From Nemertoderma westbladi (Eukaryota > Animalia > Xenacoelomorpha), in contig JAUCBJ010001637.1 of the NCBI GenBank assembly GCA_032718475.1, forward strand, positions 1-46,219: a stretch of DNA of 46,219 nt, given 5' to 3'. The position numbers and the translations under genes were made by a program. The notes beneath the pieces are model-generated. The model worked only from the letters and a program-made list of their open reading frames with translations, was not told the origin of the DNA and made no database searches. Every line of letters begins with the position of its first letter. Within the stretch, counting starts at the first letter, position 1. Positions 1 through 10,735 of this stretch are shown piece after piece.

Positions 1-292
1 CTAACAAAGGGTTAGAATTCTGGTTCTTACAACGGACAGGGTACTACGGTATTTGAAATAATAAGTAGTAGTAAATATACTGTACTGTCCAGATAGGAAA
101 ATACCACCGCCTGACGACCTATAACCGTATCGCTATAGGTACTACGTTATGTATCACGGATTGTTCCTACCCAGAAGCTAATAGAGCTAACGAATGTGCC
201 TATCAACCACTTTACAACACAAATATACTGCCTACACTAATTACTTCGGAAAGCACTGTACACTAAACCCTAAATTAGGTACAAGTACCGGT

Positions 293-1475
293 ATAACAAA
301 TAATCAGTAGTTAAATATACTTGAACAGTTAAAAGAACCACGGCATCTGCTGGAGTGACCGAAGCACAAAATCTCCAGTCTTTACCTACGCCAAGCAGCC
401 CTGATGTAGTACCGGGGTTAGTTTAACTATAACGGTATGTATAACAAGCACAATTACTGTAGGAATAAACTTGGGGACATGAATGTTGCGAATAATCGCA
501 TAAACTCTGAATAATAAATATTACGCTACCCGCACAGAATACTCAAACAAATACAAACCAAACGCTGGCAGACTACTATTAAGCCTAAACAAACTACAGT
601 ATGTGCAGATTCTGAAACTGTTAGTTAGTATGCGTTCTAACACGGTAGTACGACTTACTCTTTAAGAGGGGATTGACCTTACCGCTTATGGCTGCCCCAA
701 CTTACTAACGGCACTTGATCAGACCAACTCTACACACGCAGCAATCCCTTCAGACCTAAAAATAGCTAGACAACAATCCAGCCTACAAATATTTAAGTAA
801 TAACTATTACGGTACCTGAACAGACCACACAAACAAACTCAGGCTAAAACACTGGCAGACTACGATCAAGCCTAGATAAACTACAGTATATGCAGACTCT
901 GAAACTGTTAGTTAGTATGCGTTCTAACACGGTAGTACGACTTATTCTTTAAGAGGGGATTGACCTTACCGCATATGGCTGCCCCAACTTACTAACTGCA
1001 CTTTATCAGACAAACTCTACACACGCCGTAATCTCTCCAAACTCAACAACAGTCAGACAGCAGCTCAGCCTACAATTATCTGAACAATCTGAGCAGGGTC
1101 ACACGCCTTCTGCTCAATATTAGCCTACTAGGAAATAAAACCGACAGAAATAGGTAAAATCTCAATAAAAATTCAGGGCTGCAGTCCCTGATTAAGTACT
1201 AAGACCTACCAGTATACAATAATCAAAATCGAATAATACTAAATGTACTTGTACAGCAGTACCGGTACCGGTGATGACAGTTAGGCCTACTGACCTACAG
1301 AAGCACCGGTTCAGTTTTACCAGTCACTACGGTATTTTGCAACCCTATTGCCTACTGCAATAAGAGATTAAACTGTTACTGTTCGCGCTTTTGAAGACCT
1401 TTAGCAGTTTAACCTGCCAAAATTTATATGTCTTTTAGTTAATTAAAACCACTTTAGCATACGACAATATTTTAT
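293..1475. repeat. Left arm of a long imperfect inverted repeat (pairs with ~2640-3810)
   Basis: Sequence from 301 (taatcagtagttaaatatacttgaacagttaaaagaaccacggcatctgctggagtgacc...) matches the reverse complement of ~3740-3800. 1372-1438 matches the reverse complement of ~2678-2742. Identity looks high at the outer end and lower toward the centre. Boundaries are approximate. Confidence 0.9.
510..1085. repeat. Two-copy tandem duplication (~288-bp period) inside the left arm
   Basis: The block ctggcagactac...gaaactgttagttagtatgcgttctaacacggtagtacgactta...gattgaccttaccgc occurs at ~565 and ~852. Confidence 0.9.
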
Positions 1476-2639
1476 GCTAATACGCAAAACACTAGCCGAA
1501 GTCAGCCCATGCGCGATCATTCACCCGATGGATCTACACCCGGGAGACTGAATTCGGATGCTTAAATTTTATTATTGCAGTGTAAGGTTGCAGTGTATAC
1601 CTACTGTATTATTCGATAGATCGTTAATAATTAATCTCTGACAGATATTATTGGCTTTCGGGAAATATTAACAGTTCCTTTAGGACGTGGCGCTTTATCT
1701 ATTTAAACAGAACTAAGACTTATACTAAACGCAACGATACTGCTTATGATTGAAGTATAAAGCATATTCTTTAGGAAATACTTTGTTACCAATCACAATC
1801 ATACACACTATTCTGCCGACCGTCAGTATATTTGATCACACATAAAGAGAGCAGCAATTGACTCACATAGGGTCTGCTAAATAACATTGGATTCAATACA
1901 CACCACATTAATATAAATCGCAATTGTTATGTATAGCCGGTCTCTCTAACCTGTAGTGTATCAAGAAAATTGGGAATTTGGGTGATTTATCCGTATTATC
2001 CAAAGAGCAATATTTCCATCAACAAATAGGTACAATTAATAACTGACGGTAAAATAACAGTACAAACAATATGATTAATGCAATTAAATTAAGTGAGCAT
2101 GTTAATTAGTGAGTTATTGAGGATTCGTTAAGGTAACAGTTTATACTTTCGATAATTTAAGCAGTTTTACTAGAGTTCTTCCCAAAAAGCCGGTGTTTCT
2201 GGCTTAGACAGCAATAACAACAAAGTATCAAGTAAAAAACAGTAAGACTGAACACTCTCCTTATGATCGGCTGAAAAGCTACACGTCGACAGGAAAAATC
2301 GCTCTGATTGGCTCAAGCCAAACAAAGAACCATGCGTCCAATGGCTGTTTCCATGTCAGCAACCAGCTGTTAGATGTCGTAATATGAATCATCACGGCTA
2401 AGCTGTGAAAGGTAGTTGGTGCATTACAGGTTTTTTGCCTTACCATGTCCGCCAAAACACGTATACAGCAGAATGACTTTTATGTCCGTTAAAACACCTG
2501 TAACGGTACCTTGCGGGCGAGGGGAATATATATACAGTTAGAGAACCTTTTTAGAGTATTCCAGCGCCTGGGGGGAAACTGGATTGCGAAGCAAAAGGGG
2601 CCAGTTATATCCCACAGAAGCTTTTACAGCTAATGTAGT

Positions 2640-3810
2640 GTATCAAATACTCGTCATAAGCTAAAGAATATATATCATCTAAAAGACATCCTAATTTGGC
2701 AGGTTAAACTGTCAAAGGTCTTAAAAGCGCAAACAATAACAGATATTGCTTCTGGATTGCGGTGTAAGCAATCTAGTCGAAAGTACCGGTCGACCGGTAA
2801 CCAGTAGGCCTGACTGCCTGATCATCCGGACCGGTACCTACAACAGTACAGGTACAGCAGTATTATTCGATTTGATTATTATATGCCGGTAGGTCTTAAT
2901 AATTAATCGGGGACGCCTGGTTTTTATTGGGATTTTACTTAGGCCTATTTCTGTCAGTTTTATTTATTTGTAGGCCAGTATTGAGCAGAAGGCGTGTAAG
3001 CCTGCTCAGATTGTACAGATAATTTGTAGGCTTGACTCTTGGCTAACTGTTGATTAGGTCTGAACGGATTGCAGTGCATGTAGAGTGTATGTCCGATAAA
3101 GAACGGTTAGGAAGTAGGGGCAGCCATAGCTGTAAGGTAAACCCCCATCTAAAGAATAAGTCGTACTACTGGGTTAGAACGCATACTACTTAACCATTTC
3201 GGAGTCTGCATGTCCTGTGGTTTATTTAGGCTTGATAGTAGTCTGCCATCGTTTAGTCTGTACTTTGTTTGTGTAGTCTGTACGGGTAGCGTATAATTTT
3301 ATTTAGATAATTTGTAGGCTGGATAGTTGTCTGGCTGCTGTTGGGTTTGAGGAAATTTCGGTGTGTGTAAAGCATCTGTCCGATAAAGAACGGTTAGGAA
3401 GTAGGGGCAGCCATAGCTGTAAGGTAAACCCCCATCTAAAGAATAAGTCATACTACTGGGTTAGAACGCATACTACTTAACCATTTCGGAGTCTGCATAT
3501 ACCGTAGTTTGTTTAGGCTTGATAGTAGTCTGTCAGTATTTGGTCTGCATTTTGTTTGAGTAGTTTGTACGCGTAGCGTAATATTTATTATTCAGAGTTT
3601 ATGCGATTATTCGCAACATTCATTCCCCAAGTTTGTTCCTACAGTAATTGTGTTTGTTATACATACCGTTATAGTTAAACTAACCCCGGTACTACATCAG
3701 GGCTGCTCGGCGTAGGTAAAGACTGGTGATTTTGTGCACCGGTCACTCCAGCAGATACCGTGGTTCTTTTGGCTGTTCAAGTATTTTTAACTACTAATTA
3801 TTTGTTTATA
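2640..3810. repeat. Right arm of the long imperfect inverted repeat
   Basis: Reverse complement of ~293-1475. It ends where the HECT-like reading frame terminates. Confidence 0.9.
3015..3595. repeat. Two-copy tandem duplication (~287-bp period) inside the right arm
   Basis: The block gtccgataaagaacggttaggaagtaggggcagccatagctgtaaggtaaacccccatctaaagaataagtc occurs at 3091 and 3378. Confidence 0.9.
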
Positions 3811-5679
3811 AATTGGTTTATAAATGAGTAGATCTATGGCTTGATCAGGAAACATAAGCATAGAGCTTAGAACACCATAACTTTGTAATCCTTCACGAAA
3901 ATTATTTATCTCTTCACTGATAGATCTAATCACTATGTGTCGGCAGAGAATGTTAATAACACTTACTTTGTCAGCTAAGCTGACCTTCGCCTTCAATAAA
4001 CCCATATCGAAACGGTCGAATGTTTCCAGCACATCTGAAAATGTTTTGTCATCTTCAGCATCTAACAGTGCCTGTAATTGTGCGGCACCTTCGTCTTTAG
4101 GGACTTCATCAATGGTGGGACTATATGGAAGACCCAGTATCGCTTTAGCGGCAGATATGGTGAAGCAGTGTGGTCCTGGCTCACCATTGATTAAAGCTAA
4201 TGCTGTAATGTGACCCATGTGTTTAAATTTACTCAAATCTTCCAAGTTGTGACGCAAGGTTATAAAGGGATAACTACCACGAATCAGACACGAAGGCTGG
4301 TAGCGGAAAAACTCTGTAAACATTTCATGAAGTGGTCCACTACCGACAGCTTTTTCTCCAATAAAGTTGACCATTATATTTGGTGTCTTAATAACTTCTT
4401 CCTCCATGAATTCGTAAATACTCTCGCTAACTCGACTCCTTGGGATATCGATCACCACATAAGCATCATCGAAATGTTTCCAAGCTAATAAACTCGATTT
4501 CAACGTTTCCGTTAATGTTTCCGTTTCCGTTTCCGTTTCCGTTAATGTATCCTTCACACTGAATGTAATGCCTTGCAAAGAAGAAACTTCGTTACTACCT
4601 GAAGCTTGAACTGAACACATGTTAACATTAACTACCTCAGCAGATTGCGAACCACCCTCTAAAACATCATCTAAAACATCATCTTCATCATGTTGATTTG
4701 AAAGGACATCACTACAGGAAGTTTGGACAGAAGACATGTCAACATTAACAAGATCAATAATATTATTATTAATATTATCCAAGTGGGCAATGCGTCGACT
4801 AGCGAGTTCCTCACGGGATAATGGAGTAGGCTGAGATAGCCAAACAGCTTCTTGTAAGCATTCTGTTAGCGAATCGTCAGGCGATTTCAAACGATCAACC
4901 TCTTCCGATACGGTAAATTCAATATAATTTGCACAACTGAGACAAACAGATTCACTACGTGGCCGAGTTTTGTAACATACTGGGCACATTAAACGTCGAC
5001 CATCAGAATTCTCGATAGGTACTGGTATTATCGGCTGATTATCTGTAGAAGCACTGATCAATGATGATGAATCACTATTCAATGTTGCGTCTATATTTGG
5101 TTTCGGGTACCCAATAACAATGGGGCGAATGCGCCAGGACTCAACACATCTCTGAGCACAGTACTCTCACAAACTACCATATACGGCTAAATCATCATTG
5201 TCCTGATTCACTAAGGTAAAGTGATGGTACTGGGACCTGGCAAATGGTAGTTCCAGTTGACGTAATTGCTTGTTTTCACCGTTTGGGAATATAATAGAAA
5301 CAACTTCTTTAATTGTGTCTTCAACACTTGCATCCATTTGAACTGTAATTCGTAATTTCGATCCTTCACCCAACAGGTTCCGAATAAGCTGAGGACGACC
5401 ACGCTCATGACAAAGTTTAAAAGTGAACGTCACATAACTGTACTTCGCCATTCCACGTCCACTGCTTTTACCACTATTTTTTAGTCGTCTTATAGATTTT
5501 CCAATGCCTGGACGATTGAAACATATGGGATGTTTGGAACCAGTGTCTATAGACCTGGACGCACTTTCACTCCCAGATGTTTGGGCACCACCACCACCAC
5601 TAATATGTTGGTTGATTTCCTCCATCACCCCAAACATTTCCCGACGAACATTTTCAAATAGTGTCCTCCTTGAAGCCAT
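3787..5679 (-). pseudogene. Intronless G2E3-like HECT-domain E3 ligase pseudogene with one internal stop and a C-terminal truncation
   Basis: ORFs 5167-5679 and 3787-5082 are in the same frame, separated by one TGA (5167-5169, context GSL*EYC) and 28 open codons. HECT N-lobe-like motifs are present: VNFIGEKAVGSGPLHEMF and MGHITALALINGEPGPHCF. There is also a CPVC...CLSC putative zinc motif. No C-lobe or catalytic Cys region is seen, and the last codons come from the inverted-repeat arm. Confidence 0.75.
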
Positions 5680-6317
5680 GTACGTACAGTTCTGGGTCCA
5701 GGTATAAGAATATATGTAGGCCTGTGCTATTCACTATTCTACTGTATAACGTTCTACTGTAAGCTAGGCTACTACGGTATATTCAATCCACCGCTATAAA
5801 TGACAAGACAAAAATGTCATTATAACTACTGTAACCAGAGAGATTACCAAAATACATGCCCGCAAACAGGAACGACCTATTCGTTACTGACAGGGACGTA
5901 AACAAAACAATTAGGTCTACTACCGGACCGGACTAACACTGTACAGCCACAGTGAAAAGGGCCTATTGTCCCACTACTGTACATTACCACATCACTCTAC
6001 TGCATATGAATAGGAAATGAAACGAAAAGCCTGAAATCACTTCATAAAGAATGAAAAAAATTTTTGAAAAAAATGAAAAAAAAATACTTAAAAAATGAAA
6101 AAAATACTTACTTTCGAAAAAAATGAAAAAAATACTTACTTTCGAAAAAAATGAAAAAAATACTTACTTTCGAAAAAAATGAAAAAAATACTTACTTTCA
6201 AAAAAAAAAATGAAAAAAATACTTACTTTCGAAAAAAAAATGAAAAAATACTTACTTTGGAAAAAAAATGAAAAAAATACTCGATAAAGTAGTAAATGGC
6301 CGGAAATCACCACCGTA
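3811..6317 (-). mobile_element. Truncated DNA transposon remnant, IS3EU-like (one end plus accessory ORF, no transposase visible)
   Basis: The minus strand from 6317 reads TACGGTGGTGATTTCCGG, fitting the TAY..RTA termini I recall for IS3EU. It is followed by a subterminal tandem array and an intronless ORF pointing inward. The second terminus, TSD and transposase are absent, so the family call is inference. Confidence 0.5.
6050..6283. repeat. A-rich tandem repeat, ~28-31-bp unit (GAAAAAAATGAAAAAAATACTTACTTTC), ~7-8 copies; probable subterminal repeat
   Basis: Directly visible; lies about 35 bp from the putative terminus at 6317. Confidence 0.85.
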
Positions 6318-6914
6318 ATATTATTATTACATATTTTAAATTTAATCGGACAGACCGACCAAACGCCTGGCAGACCAACAGATAGACGAGAGGTCGAGAT
6401 TGGTACCCGTATTCTAAGCTCGCTCATTTTCGTCGCTCGCCCCACAGTGTTAGTCAATTTAACTGGTGCTTGTCAGTTCTGTCACTGACCCTGTTGCCGG
6501 ATAGTGCCTCTGGTTGTTTAAGGGCTTCCGAAATAGTGACTCTAGTATTTTCAAGGCCCTTAAAATAGTCCGTAAAATTATTAGAATCACTATTCCCTGT
6601 CGCCATATCAGCCAGCATCAGCAATATGGCATTCTGAAATCAAGATGGCGCTGCTAGGTATCCACTTTAAAACCAATCAGGAGAGTGATTCTAGTAATTT
6701 TAAGGGCTCCTCCAAACAAAGACACAATTAAATATTCTGCATAATCTTGTAACACGTGTTAACTTTCGTCCCCCAACACGCCTCTGTAGCCTGCTTTTTT
6801 TTTTTTTTACCAACCTGCTTCTTTAAATGGCAAATGGAATGGGACCAAACGCTCTTTGGGACCTGTACAAAACATAATATAATACTGCGTATGTACAAAA
6901 ACAGTCCAGTCGGC

Positions 6915-6995
6915 CGAAACCGGAGGCGACCCGAAGGCTCCTCTTTCGATAGCTGCTACCCGAGGGTAGGGGTGGGCGCTACTCCTATCCCAAGC
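6915..6995 (-). mobile_element. Possible SINE 3'-region fragment
   Basis: ggcgacccgaaggctcctctttcgatagctgctacccgagggtaggggtgggcgctactcc resembles, from memory only, the antisense 3' part of tRNA-derived invertebrate SINEs. No tRNA head is present. Confidence 0.3.
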
Positions 6996-7247
6996 ATGCA
7001 CTGTAGTTCGCAAAGTTTCATAGTGAAACTCTAATATAATATAATATAATAACTATAAAAGTCAACTTCTTCGGCCGTTAGGCCGAATACGTACATAATC
7101 TGACCACTTATTTCCAGGCGGTCCCCCCAGAACTATACTCCCCGGAGGAAACTACATTACTCATTTAGCCACCATTTAATGATGTAAGGCAGAAATGCGC
7201 CCGGGATATACTGATTATATAATATAATTAATTAAAGAGGCTTACAC

Positions 7248-7385
7248 GCTTACAAGGCATTTGTGAGGCCTCTGCTTGAATATTGTACTGTAATCTGGTC
7301 ACCTCGTCAGAAGTACAATATCAAGCTGGTTGAAAGAGTCCAGCGTTACTACACTAGAAGGCTTTTTGCGCGATGCAATTTGTGT
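7248..7385 (+). mobile_element. CR1/L2-group LINE ORF2 fragment (post-RT region), part 1
   Basis: Translates as AYKAFVRPLLEYCTVIWSPRQKYNIKLVERVQRYYTRRL, matching the typical Y..vRP.LEY...vWsP....I..lErVQr motif. Not in the ORF track. Confidence 0.85.
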
Positions 7386-7512
7386 CACCTAAATAATAAT
7401 TATCTTATACTGTATATATATATCTAGTCTATATAGACAGACAGACAGAGTGATAATATAGTAATAAATAATATCTTTTAAGCGGTAATATGGAGTTCCA
7501 GGGGCGATAAGG

Positions 7513-7603
7513 TTCTGCTTCGCCCATACTGGCCTACTCTGCCAACCGCACCCTTCTGCTGCTTCGCCCATACTGGCCTACTCTGCCAACCGCACCCTTC
7601 TGC
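7513..7603. repeat. ~44-bp tandem duplication followed by a poly-C tract
   Basis: ctgcttcgcccatactggcctactctgccaaccgcacccttctgc occurs twice. Confidence 0.85.
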
Positions 7604-7737
7604 CCCCCACACCACCCCCCCCCCCTCCGTAATCGTTTATAAATTTAATGGAGATTTTAGGAAGAGCCTCGCCCAACCACAGCAAACACAATGCCTTATC
7701 ATACCATGCAAGGCCGGAATTGCATTATGATACAGAC

Positions 7738-8017
7738 TTACTACTACTATGTACTACTAGGTCGAGCGAACTCGGTCAGTGGAAATGAGATCCTTCCAGG
7801 CTTCCCGATTCTCCATAGTTGTCGCAATTTCGTTTCTCCCAAGTTCAGTATCCCTTTCAAGTTGATCTATATATGTTATGGCCGGTCGTCCACGACTACG
7901 CTTTCCATGAGTTGGTTGCCAGAAAAGTAGATCTGGTATGACCTCGTCTTTACTTCGCCAGCAGTGCCCACTGAATCTTAATCTGCGTTCACGGAGGGTG
8001 GTTGATACAGGTGGTAT
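7738..8017 (-). mobile_element. RTE-clade LINE 3' end, 5'-truncated, with (TAG)n tail
   Basis: Peptide IPPVSTTLRERRLRFSGHCWRSKDEVIPDLLFWQPTHGKRSRGRPAITYIDQLERD...MENREAW has the typical RTE C-terminal R.RRLrf.GH..R and GKR.RGRP motifs. The stop runs into TAG repeats. Confidence 0.85.
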
Positions 8018-8494
8018 TGACTTATTACATGATTTGATACAGGTGATACAGACTTGTTTGAAGATAAAAATTATCATTTAAGCTAAATTTGTTTTAGAAT
8101 CGTTTATATTTTCAAAAACAACTGCATTTTCGTTTAAACTACAGTATAATCGGAAAATACATAACTAAAAAGTTGTTTGATTTTCGACATTAAAAGCAAA
8201 TAAAAATTCACACTAAATCAGCAATTTAAAATATGATACACCAACTTACACGATGTCCCGGAATATAGTGTCTTAATTCAGTGACCACCCCCCCCCCCCC
8301 CCCCCCCCCCCCTCTATATATAGACTATAGATTTTTGAAAATCAAATCTCTGGAAACCAGACGACTCATTTTCGACTTACGTATGGTTTACAACATTTTC
8401 AATAAAAACGTCGCTCTTTGAGTTTCGTGATTTTTTTCAGCTGGCCAACTCAACCAATCTAAACGGTCGTAAACGTAAATCTAAACGTAAACGG

Positions 8495-8963
8495 TCGCCT
8501 AAGCGGTCATAACAAGAAACTATATGTTCAGTCTACCAGACTAGTTGTCTCTCATTACCGTTTTTCGAATCGTGTGGTGCAAATCTGGAACTCCCTGCCT
8601 TCTACTGTAGTGAACGCTGCCAGCTTATTTTCTTTTAACCGTGCAATAGCTGAGATTGATTTTAGCCATCTGTACAACTTTTATTAATTATTTTCAATAT
8701 CACATTACATTACACTGCACGAGCTTTAATTACAGTTTAATCATGGTTTTATTCTATTTTAACTTTTTAATTTTTAAAATAAATATATTTTTTAGACATA
8801 TAGTCAGCACCCAATAACTCTCGCCACCAGTAAGAGCAAATTGCCTTGGTGGTTTCTCCCTCCAACATTTTATTGTGCAATTACGTTATTTAAAACATCG
8901 TGTTAAACCGTTTATTTTAATTTAATTTGTCGAACTGGAGTGAAAAATACGAAATACAATACA
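8495..8963 (+). mobile_element. CR1/L2-group LINE ORF2 C-terminus and 3' UTR, part 2
   Basis: From 8499 translates as LSGHNKKLYVQSTRLVVSHYRFSNRVVQIWNSLPSTVVNAASLFSFNRAI (GH..KL and F.nRvv..WN.LP..vv.a motifs). Stop near 8687; probable (AATAC)-like tail at ~8945-8963. Confidence 0.8.
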
Positions 8964-9270
8964 AGGTGGTAAAGTCGCACCGTATTTCACGCCGGTTTGA
9001 GTGAGAATATTTCCATGAAAGAGCTAAGCTATTGCATGTATTGCGTAAAATATGAAACGAGAACCTGGAAGGAAAGTGAAATACGGGAACTTTTTAAACT
9101 TCGCCTGTGACACAGGCGATGCCGTCCAACAGGAAATCTGTTAGACAGTAAATCAGTATAATAAACCAGTTAGGCCAACCGCCGGTTACTGCTCACCGGT
9201 ACTAGGTTAACCGGTACTGTTGCTCCAGACAGCCAGACAGCAAGAGAAGAGAGCAGGTGTGTTGGGGCTT

Positions 9271-9460
9271 GGGGGTGTAACTTTTGCGTAGAGGTATAGC
9301 CTACATAGAGGCTACATGTAGGTATGTGTAGCCTACATGTAGATGCACGTGTAGGGTGAATGTAGGTAGGTGTAGGGGGTGTAACTTTTGCGTAGAGGTA
9401 TAGCCTATATAGAGGCTACATGAAGGTAGGCAAAAGGAGCTACGCAAAAGATATACCCGG
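9271..9460. repeat. ~55-bp direct repeat plus a short inverted copy upstream of the otubain ATG
   Basis: ggggtgtaacttttgcgtagaggtatagccta(c/t)atagaggctacatg occurs at ~9272 and ~9376. ctacgcaaaagatatacc at ~9440 is an imperfect reverse complement of its start. Confidence 0.75.
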
Positions 9461-9670
9461 TGTGTTGCCATTTCTTGCCAATACTGCAGTAGACCTACCG
9501 GTACAGCGCTACAGCCAGACACAGCAGTGCGATACCGTTACCAGGTTACCGTCGTACATACTGACATAACTGCGTAATCCTGTAACCAGATAACTGTTAT
9601 ATTTTTGTGTAGGCCTATTATTGGCGTCTACCTACAGGTCTATCTGTATTTTGCTTTCATTTACTGCGCT

Positions 9671-9905
9671 ATGAATATCGCAAATGAGTGTGCCGTGGCA
9701 CCAGGGAAGTTTGAAGATGATTCCACCAAATGCAAACCATCAAAGGTAGGCATACAGGAAAACGGGGACCAAGAAGACATTCCGGTATCGGACGAATCAA
9801 ATCAGATGGAGAATGGGCCTGCCGGCACCTCGCCGCCCCTCATTTATTTTACCCCACCGGATGGATCGCCTGACGCACAGACTCTACCGGTGATACCTAT
9901 TTCAG
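9671..9905 (+). CDS. OTUB1: Otubain (OTUB1-like) probable coding exon 1, acidic/Pro-rich N-terminal extension
   Basis: ATG at 9671 opens a frame to the donor CAG|GTGGGT at 9905/9906. Its phase 1 matches exon 2. No recognisable homology, so the assignment rests on phase and position. Confidence 0.6.
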
Positions 9906-10450
9906 GTGGGTGGTTTGGTTACTGGTTAGGCTGTTAGGTCAGTAGGTTGCCCAACTTCTTAGGCCTAGGCTAGCGCTAGGCCTACTGCTGTACTGCAGTA
10001 CTGTCAGCAGGTAGGCAGGTCAGACTGTATTTGTAGTAGATATACCGTCTGACCGTGTACCGGTACAGCTCATGCTGACATACATAGTGTAATGCTGTAA
10101 TGATAGTTATTCATACATAAACAAAATGTTCTAGAACATGGACGGTTGATTTATTAAATAGAATACCGGTATGCCTGTCTGCCTTTAGCAGAGGCAAATA
10201 CATGCAACCTTTGAACGCCCATATGTATCTGTATCTCAGCTTCCGTAATTTTCATCGTAATGTTGATTGTGTTACATACGGTAGGCCCTATTTGGCAGTT
10301 TGGGGGATTGATACTTTGGGGACCGTCCCTTGAAACTCTTATATATATATAGCCTATAGGCCTACCCTAAATATATATAGGGGCCTACCGCTTATATTTT
10401 ATGTAGCACTTTTTACAATTTTTTTCATAAGTGTTTTTTACTGTCTGACC

Positions 10451-10565
10451 TAGAAAAGCCTGCCTCTGTAACCTGCTCCTTTCCCTCATTTGGAAAAGTG
10501 GTCGTTTATTGTTTTTTATTGTTTTGGTTAGAAAGGCATGCCTCTGTAACCTGCTCCTTTCCCTC
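10451..10565 (+). repeat. 37-bp direct duplication of the pyrimidine-rich tract preceding the exon-2 acceptor
   Basis: tagaaa(a/g)gc(c/a)tgcctctgtaacctgctcctttccctc occurs at 10451-10487 and 10529-10565. Confidence 0.85.
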
Positions 10566-10576
10566 TGTTTATTTAG

Positions 10577-10731
10577 ATTACGACTTACACGAGGCGACTC
10601 GCAGACAAGAGGAGGACATTCATAACGAAATCGTTTCTACGAGTTTATTAATAAACGGACAGGTGGAATCCTTGGAGAAACTCAAAACAGAGTACATCGG
10701 AGGCGATCCCATATTTATTAACACAATCGAC
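10577..10731 (+). CDS. OTUB1: Otubain coding exon 2
   Basis: Acceptor tttatttag|, donor GAC|GTATGT. DYDLHEATRRQEEDIHNEI...LEKLKTEYIGGDPIFINTID aligns with the OTUB1 segment YDEAIMAQQDRIQQEI...LYKEYAEDDNIYQQKIK. Confidence 0.88.
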
Positions 10732-10735
10732 GTAT

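Noticed and set aside
510-1085. Retrozyme or Penelope hammerhead repeats (~300-bp tandem units)
   Set aside because: I found no CTGANGA...GAAA core on either strand by eye. An Infernal/Rfam scan would be decisive.
3935-4488. Short ORFs antisense to the HECT frame, and other small listed ORFs (5211, 5504, 6164, 6756, 6807, 7389, 7691, 9301, 12196, 44917, 45719)
   Set aside because: No recognisable motifs; they overlap real features in other frames, repeats or AT-rich intron sequence.
5167-5169. Selenocysteine or programmed readthrough at the in-frame TGA
   Set aside because: No SECIS was identified, the gene is also truncated, and a CGA>TGA mutation is simpler.
6050-6283. U1-like ATACTTAC / minus-strand GTAAGT repeats as a third donor array
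   Set aside because: No associated exon was identified. Position next to the putative terminus fits subterminal transposon repeats better.
7070-7088. Perfect hairpin TTCGGCC-GTTA-GGCCGAA as an ncRNA or terminator
   Set aside because: A single 7-bp stem with no supporting context.
9745-9751. Alternative exon-1 donor AAG|GTAGGC
   Set aside because: It is phase 0, incompatible with the phase-1 start of exon 2.
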